Positions 17,923 through 31,265 of a stretch of 64,000 nucleotides of DNA are shown here, piece after piece. Position 1 is the stretch's first letter. Every line of letters begins with the position of its first letter. The translations under genes were made by a program, and so were the position numbers. Where the stretch lies: the NCBI RefSeq assembly GCF_003334765.1, contig NZ_QOWT01000022.1. One strand, written 5' to 3'. The DNA comes from Escherichia coli. Lineage in GTDB: Bacteria > Pseudomonadota > Gammaproteobacteria > Enterobacterales > Enterobacteriaceae. Below the pieces are notes generated by a model. That model was not told where the DNA came from. It saw nothing but the letters and a program-made list of their open reading frames with translations, and made no database searches.

Positions 17923-18207
17923 ATGATTATGAAAAATTGTCTACTGTTGGGCGCGCTTTTAATGGGCTTTACTGGTGTGGCGATGGCGCAAAGTGTCACC
18001 GTCGATGTGCCGAGTGGATACAAAGTGGTTGTGGTTCCTGATTCAGTCAGCGTTCCACAAGCGGTCAGCGTCGCGACTGTGCCGCAAACCGTCTATGTGG
18101 CTCCTGCGCCAGCTCCGGCTTACCGCCCGCATCCTTATGTTCGCCATCTTGCCAGCGTAGGTGAAGGGATGGTTATCGAACACCAGATTGACGACCATCA
18201 CCATTAA
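17923..18207 (+). CDS. ybjH: Small secreted protein YbjH
   Basis: 94-aa ORF with signal peptide, in K-12 synteny. Confidence 0.7.
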   Translation: MIMKNCLLLGALLMGFTGVAMAQSVTVDVPSGYKVVVVPDSVSVPQAVSVATVPQTVYVAPAPAPAYRPHPYVRHLASVGEGMVIEHQIDDHHH

Positions 18208-18247
18208 TTCGAGAATGCCTGATCGCACAAAGCAGTCAGGCATTTTT

Positions 18248-19480
18248 TTACCCTTCGTGAGAATTTCCCATCTGTTTATCTTTTAAAAAGATAACCATCA
18301 GCGACAGCCACAAAATTCCGTTGACAAGGTTGAAGAGATTAAACAGTCCGTTGCCCCCGTTCAGCCAGGCATGTTTGCTGATTTCAATACCAACGGTAAA
18401 GATCAGCATTTGCAGCATTCCCATCGCGGCAGAAACCGTACCTTTACTCATATCGCTGGCAAACAGGGTTAATCGCACCAGTCCCGCATTCGCCAGACCA
18501 ATACCGAAAGCATAAATACTTAACCCGGCAGTCATCCATAAATACGCGTGCGATGAGATAACCGTTGCCGCAGCAGCGACCAATAGACCAATCATAATCG
18601 GCCAGCCGCCCATAATAATCAGCGAACGTACGGTGCGGCGCGAGGTCAGACGCGCTAACAGCAAGTTACCCGCAATTAACGCCCCGAAAATAGGCACTTG
18701 CAGCAAGCCATATTCATAGCTGCTCAACTGCTCGCCGGTAATGATGATAATCGGCGACTGGGCGATCCACGCCAGCAACGGCAGACTAACGAATCCCAGC
18801 GCCAGCGCCCCCGCCACAAAGCGGCCGTTCTTCAGCACCAGCTTATAGTCACGACCGAGTTCTTTCAGTGACAGTTTCTCGCCTATACGCGTGGCGGTTT
18901 CAGGCATGGCTCGTTGCAGACCGAAAAAGGAGATCGCTGCCAATGCGGCAAACAAAACAAACATCCCCTCCCAGGGCAGCACATGGATCCACGCCGCGCC
19001 CACCAGCGGACCAAGTAGCGGAGCAATCAGCGCCACGTTCGCCATCAGCGCGGTGATCTTGATACAAACCGCCTCTTCGAAGGATTCCTGAATTGCGGCG
19101 TATCCCACAGCGCCAATGAAACAGAGGCTTATGCCCTGCAAGAAGCGCAACAGGGTGAATTGTTCAATGTTTTGCGCCAGCAATATTGCCAGACAGGTGA
19201 CGATAAACCACACCACTCCCGCCAGCATCACCGGACGGCGACCAATACGATCCGACAGCGGCCCCAGCAGCCATTGTAAAAACATCCCGCCCGCCAGATA
19301 CGCGGTCATCGAAGTAGGAACCCAATCAATGCCCGCCTGATATTGTTCCACCACGGCCAACATACCGGGTTGAATCATATCGTTGCCGATATAGGTTGAA
19401 AATTCGTAAAGCACCAGACAGAGAGGGAAAAGTAACGCCTGACGTCCAAGCCTGGCACCGGAAGCTAATTTATTTTGCAT
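18248..19480 (-). CDS. mdfA: Multidrug efflux MFS transporter MdfA
   Basis: 410-aa ORF recognised as MdfA. Confidence 0.9.
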
Positions 19481-19764
19481 GCAATTTCTTCGCCAATAAT
19501 AATCGCGCAGAGTTTAATAAAAGCGCAGCTAACGAGAAAGCGAATTTTGTAGCTGAAACCACGGTTAAGCACATTCTTACATTATTACGAGTATAGCTAC
19601 GCTTTCTTTAAGTTTTATTTAACCTATGCCCGTTACAATCACCCACCGTAAACAGGCCGCTTGAGGGAAATAAGACGATGCCGCTTTACCCAGTTTAACC
19701 TGCACTTTATTCTCAACGACTTGCCTGTATTGGCTCCCTTTTAATCACTTTGCGTCGGGAAGTT

Positions 19765-20361
19765 ATGCTGGAAAATTTGAATCTCTCTCTATTCTCTCTT
19801 ATTAACGCGACGCCAGACTCGGCTCCGTGGATGATCTCGTTGGCGATTTTTATTGCTAAAGATTTGATTACCGTGGTGCCGTTGCTGGCCGTGGTACTTT
19901 GGTTGTGGGGGCTTACAGCACAACGGCAACTGGTGATAAAAATCGCTATCGCGCTGGCGGTCAGCCTGTTTGTGTCCTGGACGATGGGACATCTTTTTCC
20001 GCACGACCGACCCTTTGTCGAAAATATCGGCTATAACTTCCTGCATCATGCGGCGGATGACTCATTCCCAAGCGATCACGGTACGGTGATTTTCACCTTT
20101 GCACTGGCATTTTTATGCTGGCATCGCCTGTGGTCCGGCTCACTTTTAATGGTGCTGGCCGTCGTCATTGCCTGGTCGCGCGTTTATCTTGGCGTCCACT
20201 GGCCGCTGGATATGCTCGGTGGATTGCTGGCAGGTATGATTGGCTGCCTTAGTGCCCAGATTATCTGGCAAGCGATGGGGCATAAACTCTATCAACGTCT
20301 GCAATCGTGGTATCGCGTCTGTTTTGCATTACCGATCCGCAAAGGCTGGGTGCGTGACTGA
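19765..20361 (+). CDS. ybjG: Undecaprenyl-pyrophosphate phosphatase YbjG (PAP2 family)
   Basis: MLENLNLSLFSLINATPDSAPWM start; PAP2-type motifs. Confidence 0.85.
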   Translation: MLENLNLSLFSLINATPDSAPWMISLAIFIAKDLITVVPLLAVVLWLWGLTAQRQLVIKIAIALAVSLFVSWTMGHLFPHDRPFVENIGYNFLHHAADDSFPSDHGTVIFTFALAFLCWHRLWSGSLLMVLAVVIAWSRVYLGVHWPLDMLGGLLAGMIGCLSAQIIWQAMGHKLYQRLQSWYRVCFALPIRKGWVRD

Positions 20362-20418
20362 TCTCTGCTAAAAAGTGTAGTATTGAGCGGCTCGCTTCAA
20401 TAACTATTCAGAGGGATT

Positions 20419-21177
20419 ATGGAAACACGTCGCGAAGAGCGTATCGGGCAGCTGCTGCAAGAATTAAAACGCAGCGATAAGTTACATCTTAAAGACGCCG
20501 CCGCCCTGCTTGGGGTTTCGGAGATGACGATTCGTCGCGATCTGAACAACCACAGTGCGCCCGTCGTTTTGCTCGGCGGCTATATTGTTCTGGAACCGCG
20601 CAGTGCCAGCCATTACCTGTTAAGCGATCAAAAATCCCGCCTGGTGGAAGAAAAACGCCGGGCGGCAAAACTGGCTGCGACGCTGGTAGAACCCGATCAG
20701 ACCCTCTTTTTTGACTGTGGCACCACCACGCCGTGGATTATTGAAGCGATTGATAATGAAATCCCTTTTACCGCCGTTTGTTATTCGCTAAATACCTTTC
20801 TGGCGCTGAAAGAGAAACCCCATTGCCGCGCGTTTCTTTGCGGTGGTGAATTTCACGCCAGCAACGCCATTTTCAAACCCATCGATTTTCAGCAAACGCT
20901 GAATAATTTTTGCCCGGATATCGCTTTTTATTCTGCGGCGGGCGTGCATGTCAGTAAAGGCGCTACCTGTTTTAATCTTGAAGAGTTGCCGGTAAAACAC
21001 TGGGCCATGTCGATGGCGCAAAAGCATGTGCTGGTTGTCGACCACAGTAAATTTGGCAAGGTGCGTCCGGCGCGCATGGGTGACCTGAAACGCTTTGATA
21101 TTGTGGTGAGCGATTGTTGCCCGGAAGATGAGTATGTGAAGTACGCGCAGACGCAGCGCATTAAGTTGATGTATTAA
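20419..21177 (+). CDS. deoR: DeoR transcriptional repressor
   Basis: 252-aa DeoR sequence. Confidence 0.9.
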   Translation: METRREERIGQLLQELKRSDKLHLKDAAALLGVSEMTIRRDLNNHSAPVVLLGGYIVLEPRSASHYLLSDQKSRLVEEKRRAAKLAATLVEPDQTLFFDCGTTTPWIIEAIDNEIPFTAVCYSLNTFLALKEKPHCRAFLCGGEFHASNAIFKPIDFQQTLNNFCPDIAFYSAAGVHVSKGATCFNLEELPVKHWAMSMAQKHVLVVDHSKFGKVRPARMGDLKRFDIVVSDCCPEDEYVKYAQTQRIKLMY

Positions 21178-21223
21178 TGACGTATAACCGGATGACGTTT
21201 CGCGCCATCCGGTTATCAGAAGA

Positions 21224-22426
21224 TTAAGAGAACCAGCTGCCGAACCACTGATGGAATTTCATCATCACGAAATCCCACACCCGACCAAAGAATCCGCCCT
21301 CTTCCACATTTTCCATCACGATCAGCGGACGCTGCTCAATGGATTTACCGTTAAGCTGGAAATCAATGGTCCCGACAACCTGACCTTTTTTCAGCGGTGC
21401 GGTAAGCTGCGGTTCCGTTAACGTATAACTCGCTTTCAGGTTTTTCAGCTGCCCACGCGGTATGGTCACTGAGCCCGCTTCACCTGCCCCGAGATTCACT
21501 TCGCTCTTATCACCAAACCAGACGCGCTGAGTCACAAAGGTGGCATCAGGTTTAATTGGCGTCACGGTTTCAAAGAAGCGGAAACCCCAGGTCAATAATT
21601 TCTCAGACTCATTAAAACGGATACGGTCGGTTTTCGCCCCCAACACTACGGAGATTAAACGCATATCGCCCTGGGTAGCCGAAGCAACCAGATTATATCC
21701 CGCGCCTGCCGTGGTTCCTGTCTTCATGCCATCAACATTCAGATTGCTGCTCCACAGCAGACGGTTACGGTTAGGCTGACGAATTTTGTTGAAGGTGAAC
21801 TCTTTCTCTTTATGAATGGCGTACTCTTCCGGCACATCGTGGATCAATGCTTTACCCAGCAATGCCATATCGCGCGCGGTGCTGAACTGCCCCGGCGCAT
21901 CCAGGCCGTGCACCGTCTGGAAGGTAGTGTTGGTCAGACCCAGTTTTTTGGCATAACCATTCATCAGACCAATAAATGACTCCTGGCTCCCGGCAACGTA
22001 ATCAGCCAGCGCAATACAGGCGTCATTACCGGACTGGATAATCACACCTTTGTTCAAGTCTGCCACCGAAACCTGATCGCCCGGTTTGAGGAACATTACC
22101 GATGAACCACGCAGTGCCGGATTTCCCGTCGCCCAGGCATCTTTACCGACCGTCACCATATCGGTGAGTTTAATCTTATCGGCCTTAAGCGCCTGCCCAA
22201 CCACATAGCTGGTCATGATTTTAGTCAGGCTCGCGGGATCCAGTTTCTCATCCGCATTGCCTTCTGCCAGCACTTTACCGCTGGCGTAATCCATTAAAAT
22301 CCATGCACGCGCATCCACGCTCGGCGCTTCAACGGTTTGTTCCGCCGCGAATGCCGTTGGGGCAAAAAGGAATAAAAATGCAGAACCCGCTGCAAGACCA
22401 CGAAGGAGAGAGGAGTATTGCGTCAT
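21224..22426 (-). CDS. dacC: D-alanyl-D-alanine carboxypeptidase DacC (PBP6)
   Basis: Start at [19 protein letters not shown]; SxxK motif (ASLTKIM). Confidence 0.9.
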   Translation of the reverse strand: MTQYSSLLRGLAAGSAFLFLFAPTAFAAEQTVEAPSVDARAWILMDYASGKVLAEGNADEKLDPASLTKIMTSYVVGQALKADKIKLTDMVTVGKDAWATGNPALRGSSVMFLKPGDQVSVADLNKGVIIQSGNDACIALADYVAGSQESFIGLMNGYAKKLGLTNTTFQTVHGLDAPGQFSTARDMALLGKALIHDVPEEYAIHKEKEFTFNKIRQPNRNRLLWSSNLNVDGMKTGTTAGAGYNLVASATQGDMRLISVVLGAKTDRIRFNESEKLLTWGFRFFETVTPIKPDATFVTQRVWFGDKSEVNLGAGEAGSVTIPRGQLKNLKASYTLTEPQLTAPLKKGQVVGTIDFQLNGKSIEQRPLIVMENVEEGGFFGRVWDFVMMKFHQWFGSWFS

Positions 22427-22672
22427 AAATGCCACCCGAGTATCCATTCAAAAAAAATACGTTATATCGCCGTATGATAAGTTTGGTGATTAATAACGCA
22501 CACACAAACTTAAAGAAACCGTAAGTTGGTAAAGTTTTTAAAGTTTATGCAATATCCTGCCGCTTCGCTGCTTCTGGTGTCATTTTTTTGCCAGCTGTTG
22601 CTTAAAAGTTAACTTTACTTCACCATCGGAGTCCTGTTCAGCCTGTGGCTGCCTGTCGGAAAAGGGGTGAGT

Positions 22673-23299
22673 ATGATTACGCTGTGGGGTCGGAATAATT
22701 CAACTAACGTAAAAAAAGTATTGCTGACGCTCGAAGAACTGGAACTACCTTATGAGCAAATTCTCGCGGGCCGTGAGTTTGGGATAAATCACGATGCTGA
22801 TTTTCTGGCGATGAACCCTAACGGGCTGGTGCCGTTGTTGCGTGACGACGAAAGTGATCTCATTCTTTGGGAATCAAACGCCATTGTCCGCTATCTGGCG
22901 GCACAGTACGGGCAAAAACGCCTGTGGATCGACTCACCGGCACGTCGTGCGGAAGCGGAAAAATGGATGGACTGGGCAAACCAGACGCTCAGTAATGCTC
23001 ATCGCGGGATCCTGATGGGATTAGTCAGAACACCACCGGAAGAGCGCGATCAGGCCGCCATTGATGCCAGTTGCAAAGAGTGCGACGCCCTGTTTGCCCT
23101 GCTCGATGCGGAACTGGCAAAAGTAAAATGGTTCTCTGGCGACGAGTTTGGTGTGGGCGATATCGCTATCGCACCGTTCATCTACAATTTGTTTAACGTT
23201 GGCCTGACCTGGACACCGCGTCCAAATCTGCAACGCTGGTATCAGCAACTCACTGAACGCCCCGCAGTGCGCAAAGTGGTGATGATTCCCGTTAGCTAA
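22673..23299 (+). CDS. gstB: Glutathione S-transferase GstB (YliJ)
   Basis: [16 protein letters not shown] start; GST fold. Confidence 0.85.
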
Positions 23300-24411
23300 T
23301 TGCGTGGGCTAACTTTAAGTAATTCCCCACTGGACTCGTCGGTGAGAACGTATAAATAACCGTCGGGTCCAGTGCGAACATCACGAATTCGCTGCCCTCT
23401 GTCCGTTAAAATACGGCCATCTTCTGTCACTTTGTCGCCGTTGACGCTCATCACAATGACATCTTTATCTTTCAGCGCGCCAATAAATAATTTTTGCTGC
23501 CACTGGGGGAATTTATCGCTGTTATAGAAGGCCATGCCGCTCACAGCGGGCGAATCTTTCCAGTAAAAAACAGGTTGCTCGGTCCCGGCGACGATCTCCC
23601 CTTTCGCTTCCGGTATCTTAAAGCCTGAATAGTTGATTCCCCAGGTTGCCAGCGGCCAGCCGTAGTTTTTGCCTTTTTGCGGGATATTAATTTCATCACC
23701 ACCGCGCGGGCCATGTTCATTCAGCCACAGTGCATTACTCCACGGATTCATCGCCATTCCTTGCGGATTACGAATGCCATAAGACCAGATCTCGGCGCGC
23801 GCACCGGATTCCTTTATAAAAGGATTATCATCCGGGATTTCGCCCTGGTCGGTCAGACGCACCAGTTTGCCCTGTAATTTATCCAGATCCTGCGCCGTCG
23901 GGCGCTGATTGTTTTCGCCCAGAGCAATAAAAAGATAACCTTTACCGTCGAATACCAGCCGCCCGCCAAAATGGTTGCCGGTAGACAGTTTTGGCATCTG
24001 GCGAAAGACGGTGCGGAAGTCGGTCACTTTTGAGAGATCATCACTTAAGCGGCCATAACCCACAGCAGTTCCGGCTTTGCCATCATCGCCAACTTCGGAA
24101 TAACTTAACCAGATGCGGCGAGACTGAGCAAAATCAGGCGCTAAAACCACGTCCAGCAGGCCGCCCTGCCCGTGCGCCCAAACGTCCGGAACTCCGGAAA
24201 GCGGCGCAGATAATCCTTTTCCTGCTTGCCAGTGACGCAACTCGCCGCCGCGCAGAGTGATTAACATACCGTGATTATCGGGTAAAAAGGCCAGTGCCCA
24301 GGGATGGTCGAGTTTGTCTTGCAGTACTTCGACATTTACCGTTGCAGGAGCCGCCCAGAGAGCGGAAGAAAGACAAATAAGGGGCACAAGGAAAAAGGAT
24401 TGTCGATGCAT
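23296..24411 (-). CDS. yliI: Soluble aldose sugar dehydrogenase YliI
   Basis: 371-aa secreted beta-propeller protein in K-12 synteny. Confidence 0.85.
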
Positions 24412-24521
24412 AACGCCTCCGGATTGACTCTGGCTTAAAGCGTAGTCAGTGGAGGAGATAACAAATTCATTTTTACAAAAACTTAAACATGAAGGGGGAG
24501 ACGCTTTCTCCCCCTTAGTTT

Positions 24522-24905
24522 TCAGGCCTTCTCAAGCATGGCGTGCTTCTGCAGGCTCTGGATACTCAGCGTTAAGCTCATCAGACAATTTTCAAGCTTA
24601 TCGGCGTTGACGGTAATAACAGTCGGGCAATCATGGTGCCCACTCATCAAACATACTGCGGCTGTCGCTAATGCTTCTTCAGCATGATGAAGAGCACTCC
24701 ACTCTTCCTGATCCAGATGAAGATTCAACCGCAGCGATTTATCGTGCAGTTCGCGATTCAGTTTAAAAAAGTTATCTCGTAGATGATTGCTTTCGCTGAC
24801 GGACATGTATCCTTTTGCCTTCCTCAGTTGCACGTATGCGGCGAGGTCAACGCGTGCGTCGATCAACCGGTTCAGCAGATCGATTCGCTGTCTGTCAACG
24901 AACAT
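24522..24905 (-). CDS. bssR: Biofilm regulator BssR (YliH)
   Basis: Start at MFVDRQRIDLLNRLIDARVDLAAY. Confidence 0.8.
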   Translation of the reverse strand: MFVDRQRIDLLNRLIDARVDLAAYVQLRKAKGYMSVSESNHLRDNFFKLNRELHDKSLRLNLHLDQEEWSALHHAEEALATAAVCLMSGHHDCPTVITVNADKLENCLMSLTLSIQSLQKHAMLEKA

Positions 24906-25117
24906 ACTTCGATCCTCCTCTTCCCAGCCTTGTTGCAATTAAATAGTATGGCTATTTTTTGAGCAAAATGCTGTCCAGGATCAATTCTTCACGCCGAATT
25001 AACAAAATTTACATTTCCTTCGCCTCCGCCAGCGAATGAGATTGCGATACAAATTTTATCCAGAACTCTGTAGAATCCCTGCCCTGACCTTTCCTGTAAC
25101 TGAATATTTTTTAAGCT

Positions 25118-26443
25118 ATGAGCAAAGTAACTCCCCAGCCGAAAATCGGCTTTGTTTCCCTTGGCTGTCCGAAAAACCTTGTTGATTCAGAGCGTATTCT
25201 CACCGAACTCCGCACTGAAGGTTATGACGTGGTACCGAGCTATGACGATGCGGACATGGTGATCGTCAACACCTGCGGCTTTATTGACAGCGCGGTACAA
25301 GAATCACTGGAAGCCATTGGTGAAGCGTTGAATGAAAACGGCAAGGTTATTGTGACCGGTTGTCTGGGGGCAAAAGAAGATCAGATCCGCGAAGTCCACC
25401 CGAAAGTGCTGGAAATCACCGGGCCTCATAGCTATGAGCAGGTTCTGGAGCACGTTCATCACTACGTGCCAAAACCGAAACACAACCCATTCCTGAGCCT
25501 GGTGCCAGAACAAGGTGTGAAACTGACGCCGCGTCATTATGCCTATCTGAAAATTTCTGAAGGCTGTAATCACCGCTGCACCTTCTGCATTATTCCGTCT
25601 ATGCGCGGCGACCTGGTGAGCCGTCCGATTGGCGAAGTGTTAAGTGAAGCGAAACGTCTGGTAGATGCGGGCGTTAAAGAGATTCTGGTGATCTCGCAGG
25701 ATACTTCCGCCTATGGCGTTGATGTTAAACATCGTACTGGCTTCCACAACGGCGAGCCGGTAAAAACCAGCATGGTCAGCCTGTGCGAACAGTTATCGAA
25801 ACTGGGGATCTGGACACGTCTGCACTACGTTTACCCTTATCCGCATGTGGACGACGTCATCCCACTGATGGCAGAAGGCAAAATCCTGCCGTATCTGGAC
25901 ATTCCGTTGCAGCACGCCAGCCCGCGCATTCTCAAACTGATGAAGCGTCCGGGTTCTGTAGATCGCCAACTGGCGCGCATCAAACAGTGGCGCGAAATCT
26001 GCCCGGAACTGACCCTACGCTCAACCTTTATTGTCGGCTTCCCTGGCGAGACAGAAGAAGATTTCCAGATGCTACTCGACTTCCTGAAAGAAGCGCGTCT
26101 GGATCGCGTTGGCTGCTTTAAATACAGCCCGGTTGAAGGTGCAGACGCCAATGCCCTGCCTGACCAGGTTCCGGAAGAAGTTAAAGAAGAACGCTGGAAC
26201 CGTTTCATGCAGCTGCAGCAGCAGATTTCCGCCGAGCGCCTGCAAGAGAAAGTGGGCCGTGAAATTCTGGTGATTATCGACGAAGTGGACGAAGAAGGCG
26301 CGATTGGTCGCAGCATGGCAGATGCACCGGAAATCGACGGCGCGGTTTATCTCAATGGTGAAACCAACGTTAAGCCGGGTGATATCCTGCGTGTGAAAGT
26401 CGAGCACGCCGATGAGTACGATTTGTGGGGTAGCCGGGTTTAA
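25118..26443 (+). CDS. rimO: Ribosomal protein S12 methylthiotransferase RimO
   Basis: Radical-SAM CxxxCxxC (CNHRCTFC) and TRAM domain; 441 aa. Confidence 0.9.
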
Positions 26444-26489
26444 TTAATTCAGGCCGGGCAAAATCATTTGTCCGGCCTGCGAATAATGA

Positions 26490-27818
26490 TTACTGCCAGC
26501 TAATCTGTGCCCTGCCGTTTTTCTTACTCTTATACAGCCGCTCATCCGCCAGCATTTTCAAGCGTTCGACGGTAGGACATTCATTTGAATGTGCTACACC
26601 GATACTGGTACTTAAATTAATGCTTCCCACCTGGAAATGAACGATTTCTTTTAGAATCGATAGCAACTCTTCCAGCGTTCCACCCGTATAAATCACCGCA
26701 AATTCGTCACCGCCGAAGCGGTAGACTTTACCTTTATCTACCGGGATCTGTGATTTAAGGATTTTCACCACTTTCATCAACACTTCATCGCCCAGCAAAT
26801 GACCGAAGGTGTCGTTAATGTTTTTGAATTTATCGACGTCAAACAGGCACAAATAACCGCCTTTTTCCGGCAGCGCTTTTAAATCTTCGTCAAAGGATTT
26901 TCTGCCCATTGCTTTGGTCAGGTCGTCCAGGAACGCCGAGTTATACATACTGTAGAGTTTTTTGACATCGGCAGCCGAAAAGAAAAGCCCGCCATCCAGT
27001 ACGCGTTCAAAATGGTTATTAATGATGGCTTCTTTCTCCACAATACCACGATTAATCACTCTGCGTACCAGATAGAGGCAACTGGCACCCGATATCACTG
27101 CCACCAATGCGGCAAAGAAAATAATCAATGTACAAACCCGCAAATAAACATCTTTTTTATACGCAAATACATACAATCCGGTCGGCAAATAGGCGAAGTG
27201 CTCCATCGCTTCCGAAACGGTGAAGATGGCGTTTTTAGCATTATATTCATCACCGGTCACCGGTTTACCGTTCTTAAATAGAGAGAACATCAGGTTCTCG
27301 CTGTCCATCGCCAGCGATTTTGACAGTAAAGAAAAACGCTCCAGACCAAGCAAAAATATCAGACTACGATTGTGAGTTACCGGATAGAGGTAATAGACGA
27401 AGGTTTTACCGTCAAAAGAGATAAACCCTGTATTTTTGACATGTCGATACTTCACAACCTGCATAATATCTGCACAATAATTTTTCTCGAACTCCTTTAC
27501 CTGAATACATTCGTCACTGGAAATCAGATAAGGACCGACATCGTACAAATAAGAGGGGGAAACCGAGTCGGCGTAAGCTGTGCGCAAACCAACCAACAGC
27601 TGTTCCTCCGTGGGATTTAGCGTGTTGATAAGATCAATTGCCACGCTACGCCGATATTCAGCAATATTTGCCACCGCAAAAGCAGTATCAATAACGGACT
27701 GTTTCAGGCTATACACCCGTTCCTTTACCATTTGAGTGTAGATCCCGCAGGCAACTGCTGAAATCATGATAAAAATCAGCAGACTGACTGTAAGTACGAA
27801 CTTATTGATTCTGGACAT
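26490..27818 (-). CDS. dgcI: Diguanylate cyclase DgcI (YliF)
   Basis: Membrane N-terminus and GGDEF domain (RFGGDEF). Confidence 0.85.
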   Translation of the reverse strand: MSRINKFVLTVSLLIFIMISAVACGIYTQMVKERVYSLKQSVIDTAFAVANIAEYRRSVAIDLINTLNPTEEQLLVGLRTAYADSVSPSYLYDVGPYLISSDECIQVKEFEKNYCADIMQVVKYRHVKNTGFISFDGKTFVYYLYPVTHNRSLIFLLGLERFSLLSKSLAMDSENLMFSLFKNGKPVTGDEYNAKNAIFTVSEAMEHFAYLPTGLYVFAYKKDVYLRVCTLIIFFAALVAVISGASCLYLVRRVINRGIVEKEAIINNHFERVLDGGLFFSAADVKKLYSMYNSAFLDDLTKAMGRKSFDEDLKALPEKGGYLCLFDVDKFKNINDTFGHLLGDEVLMKVVKILKSQIPVDKGKVYRFGGDEFAVIYTGGTLEELLSILKEIVHFQVGSINLSTSIGVAHSNECPTVERLKMLADERLYKSKKNGRAQISWQ

Positions 27819-27825
27819 ACGTAAA

Positions 27826-30174
27826 CTACTCTTTTACTAATTTTCCACTTTTATCCCAGGCGGAGAATGGCATGGGTTTCTGGTACAGATACCCCTGAGC
27901 CTGAACACATCCTAATTTGATTAATTCGCGCGCAACGTCTTCGCTCTCTACGCCTTCCGCAATCACCGGGATCCGGTTATAGCGTGCCAGGTCGAAAATA
28001 ATGCGCACAATTTTTCCCGCAGTACCGAAAATATCGCCGGTGAATTGCGAGTCCACCTTTATGCTGTCTGGATTAATTTCATAAAAACGTTTCAGGTTTG
28101 ACAAACCGGTGCCAAAGTCATCAATCGATATCCGTACCCCTTGTTTACGCAGTTGTTCAATATTGAGATAAAAATGTTCATTAATTCGCTCGATCACGGT
28201 TTCAGTGATCTCAACACAGAGGCTGTTCGCCTTCAGGCCATTTTCTTTCATGATGGTGGTAAAACGCTCATGAAAGTGTGGTTCGTTTAACTGCCAGGGC
28301 GAAACATTAATATGCAGTAAGAAATCATCCTTCAGCGACGCACGCTGACTAAAATGTCTGAATTCACCCATTGCCGTTTTAATAATCTGATAACCCAGCT
28401 CATTGATAAACCCGATATCTTCAGCAATGGTAATGAACTTCAGCGGTGAAATGATCCCCCGCTCCGCAGACACCCAACGGCACAACGCCTCCGCGCCCAG
28501 AATGGCGCGGGTGTTAATATCAACGATCGGTTGATAGACGAGGAATAGTTCGCCAATTTCCATTGCATGGCGAATATTACGCGCAATCCAGATATTCTCT
28601 TCTATTTCGTTGAGTTTCGCGTCATCACAGAAAATAAACTCTGAGAACATATGGTCACGGATACTGGAAATCGCCAGTTTCAGTTTTTCTGCGTAACTCC
28701 AGGCGTTTTCCCCCTGCAAAGGTTCACAAATGGCAGACTTATGGATGCGCAGATTGCGGTAGCCAAAGCTGCTGTCAAAATCGTTTACCATCGCTATTTT
28801 ACGGGTAAATGTCTGTACATTTTCCCGACACAGAAGTAAATAGAGATCGGCATTGAATGTCACGATATCGCAGCATTGCGCATATTTCTCGGCAATTCGC
28901 TGACACAATTTCCTGACGATTTTATTGCGCTCATCAACACCAAACACCGCTTCCACGGCTTCCAGACCACACAGTTTGATGATCCCCACAGCCAGATACT
29001 GATTATTGTTAGACTCAATAATCGCCATATTTTTAATAAAACCACTTTCCTGATCGTAAGAGATCAGTGAGAGCAATTTATTTGACCGTTCAATTTCGGC
29101 ATCTTTCATTTCCGCGATCGAATTTTTGATGCTGATAATCTCTTTCGCATCGCCTTCACGAATTTTCAGAGCCTCGATTTGATCCGTTGAGTCAGGCAAA
29201 AACGCCAGCGTATTAACCAGCTCTGTCATTTCAGAAAATTGCCGACGGAACACACGAGTGGTCATTAAATAAACCACCAGCAATACGATAATAATGAACG
29301 CAAACGGCAGATAAAAAAGTTTATCTGATGCGTTCAATAAATTACCGCCAGGATAATAAAAATAGATTTCGAATAATGCGTTGTTTGGCACCGCTGATGT
29401 TTTTTCGATATATTCAGTATCGACAGAATCAATAATATTATAATTACCTTCGCTATTATAAATAATCAGTTTTTCACGAGCGAGTTGATTCTTGGCAATG
29501 ATCTCATGGCCTTGTTTCAAAAATAGAACTTCATCATTAGCGCTGATTTGATCAAGATACTCGTTCAGATATCGCCAGTTTAAATCGACATGAATTTTAT
29601 CCACCGCTAACAAATCGTGATCTTTGCCGTTGATGTGTAGCGTAAAAGAGATACATTTTTTACCCGGACGATCAAAGCAATTGTATGCCGGATTCCAGCT
29701 GTTGTTAGAGTCATCTGAAGCCACCGACCACGGTCGTTTCGATGGGTTAAAATCGGCAAAAATAACCCGCCCTGACTCGTCGACAAGCGGTCCATTTACT
29801 TGTTCCTGATGATAAACAACGATTTTATCATTCGCCCTCCGCGAAAAAAGATAATATTTATTATCATCAAGTACCAGTCCCACCGAGTCTAAAAATGGCA
29901 TCATTTCCATTTTAAGAATCACGGCGCGTTGAATCTCCTCTGTATTTTTTAATAAATACAGTGAGTCCTTTAATGTCAGGGCCGAACGTTCAATATCTTT
30001 AAAGAAATAGCCAACGTTTTTCTGAATAAGTTCAAAGCGGCTATCGGCACGTTTTACCGCGCGCTCCGATACCAGTTGATAGTTAATGATGAAAAAAAGA
30101 CCAATAAATGACAGTGCTGCCAATAAAAATAAAATTATCAGCCTTATCTTTATCTTTTCGTATAAACTCAGCAT
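27826..30174 (-). CDS. pdeI: c-di-GMP phosphodiesterase PdeI (YliE)
   Basis: Start at [16 protein letters not shown]; EAL-domain C-terminus. Confidence 0.85.
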   Translation of the reverse strand: MLSLYEKIKIRLIILFLLAALSFIGLFFIINYQLVSERAVKRADSRFELIQKNVGYFFKDIERSALTLKDSLYLLKNTEEIQRAVILKMEMMPFLDSVGLVLDDNKYYLFSRRANDKIVVYHQEQVNGPLVDESGRVIFADFNPSKRPWSVASDDSNNSWNPAYNCFDRPGKKCISFTLHINGKDHDLLAVDKIHVDLNWRYLNEYLDQISANDEVLFLKQGHEIIAKNQLAREKLIIYNSEGNYNIIDSVDTEYIEKTSAVPNNALFEIYFYYPGGNLLNASDKLFYLPFAFIIIVLLVVYLMTTRVFRRQFSEMTELVNTLAFLPDSTDQIEALKIREGDAKEIISIKNSIAEMKDAEIERSNKLLSLISYDQESGFIKNMAIIESNNNQYLAVGIIKLCGLEAVEAVFGVDERNKIVRKLCQRIAEKYAQCCDIVTFNADLYLLLCRENVQTFTRKIAMVNDFDSSFGYRNLRIHKSAICEPLQGENAWSYAEKLKLAISSIRDHMFSEFIFCDDAKLNEIEENIWIARNIRHAMEIGELFLVYQPIVDINTRAILGAEALCRWVSAERGIISPLKFITIAEDIGFINELGYQIIKTAMGEFRHFSQRASLKDDFLLHINVSPWQLNEPHFHERFTTIMKENGLKANSLCVEITETVIERINEHFYLNIEQLRKQGVRISIDDFGTGLSNLKRFYEINPDSIKVDSQFTGDIFGTAGKIVRIIFDLARYNRIPVIAEGVESEDVARELIKLGCVQAQGYLYQKPMPFSAWDKSGKLVKE

Positions 30175-30351
30175 GTTAATACATTTAACAAAATAACTAT
30201 CTGAACGCTGTGCCGCTGCAAAAATTGTCCCTTGCTGCGGCTTTTTAACCAAATTACCCGATTCTACAAAATCAGCAGAAAGTTACAACACTTGCTTAGG
30301 GCAATAATTTCCTGTGAGGTGATTACCCTTTCAAGCAATATTCAAACGTAA

Positions 30352-31263
30352 CTATCCTTTAATTTTCGGATCCAGCGCATCGCGTAAACCATCGCCCAAC
30401 AAATTGAACGCCAGTACGGTCAGAAAAATAGCCAGGGCCGGAAAAACAGCGACATGCGGCGCGATAACCATATCCGCTCGAGCCTCATTGAGCATTGCTC
30501 CCCACTCTGGTGTCGGCGGCTGCGCACCGAGGCCGAGAAATGAGAGGCTGGCGGCAGAGATAATCGAGGTACCAATGCGCATGGTGAAAAACACCACGAT
30601 AGAAGAGACGGTCCCAGGCAGGATATGACGCAACAAAACGGTCATATCGCTGGCACCAATACTGCGTGCTGACTCAATAAAGGTTTGCTGTTTCAACACC
30701 AGCGTGTTGCCGCGCACCAGGCGGGCAAACGCGGGGATGGAAAAAATGGCGACTGCAATAATCACGTTAGCAATGCCGCTTCCCAACACCGCAACAACAG
30801 CGATCGCCAGTAAAATACCCGGGAAGGCAAACAGCACATCGCAAATGCGCATGATCAGCCGATCCCACCAGCCTTCATAATATCCAGTGAGCAAGCCCAG
30901 CAACGTCCCGATCGCCGCACCGATAAACACGGCAAACACGCCCGCCGCCAGCGAGATTTGCGCACCAACCAGGACACGGCTGAAAATGTCACGCCCCAGT
31001 GAATCGACGCCAAACCAGTGCTGCAAAGAAGGTCCGTTATTCAGATTGTCATAATCAAAATAATTTTCGGCGTCATAGGGAGCGATCCAGCGTGCAAAAA
31101 TGGCCACCACAATCAATAAAATAACGAATAATGCGGCGGTCATCGCCATATGCTGACGGCGAAATCGTCGCCAGAATTCATGCCACGGTGTACGTACCTG
31201 GTCAGGTTTGACCAGTGGCATGGCGTTTAACACCGCCTGACGTCGCCAGTTAAATAGTCGCAT
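30352..31263 (-). CDS. gsiD: Glutathione ABC transporter permease GsiD
   Basis: 303-aa permease in gsiABCD synteny. Confidence 0.85.
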
Positions 31264-31265
31264 CC

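Noticed and set aside
25837-26407. Minus-strand ORFs of 159 and 111 aa
   Set aside because: Antisense within rimO; no independent support.
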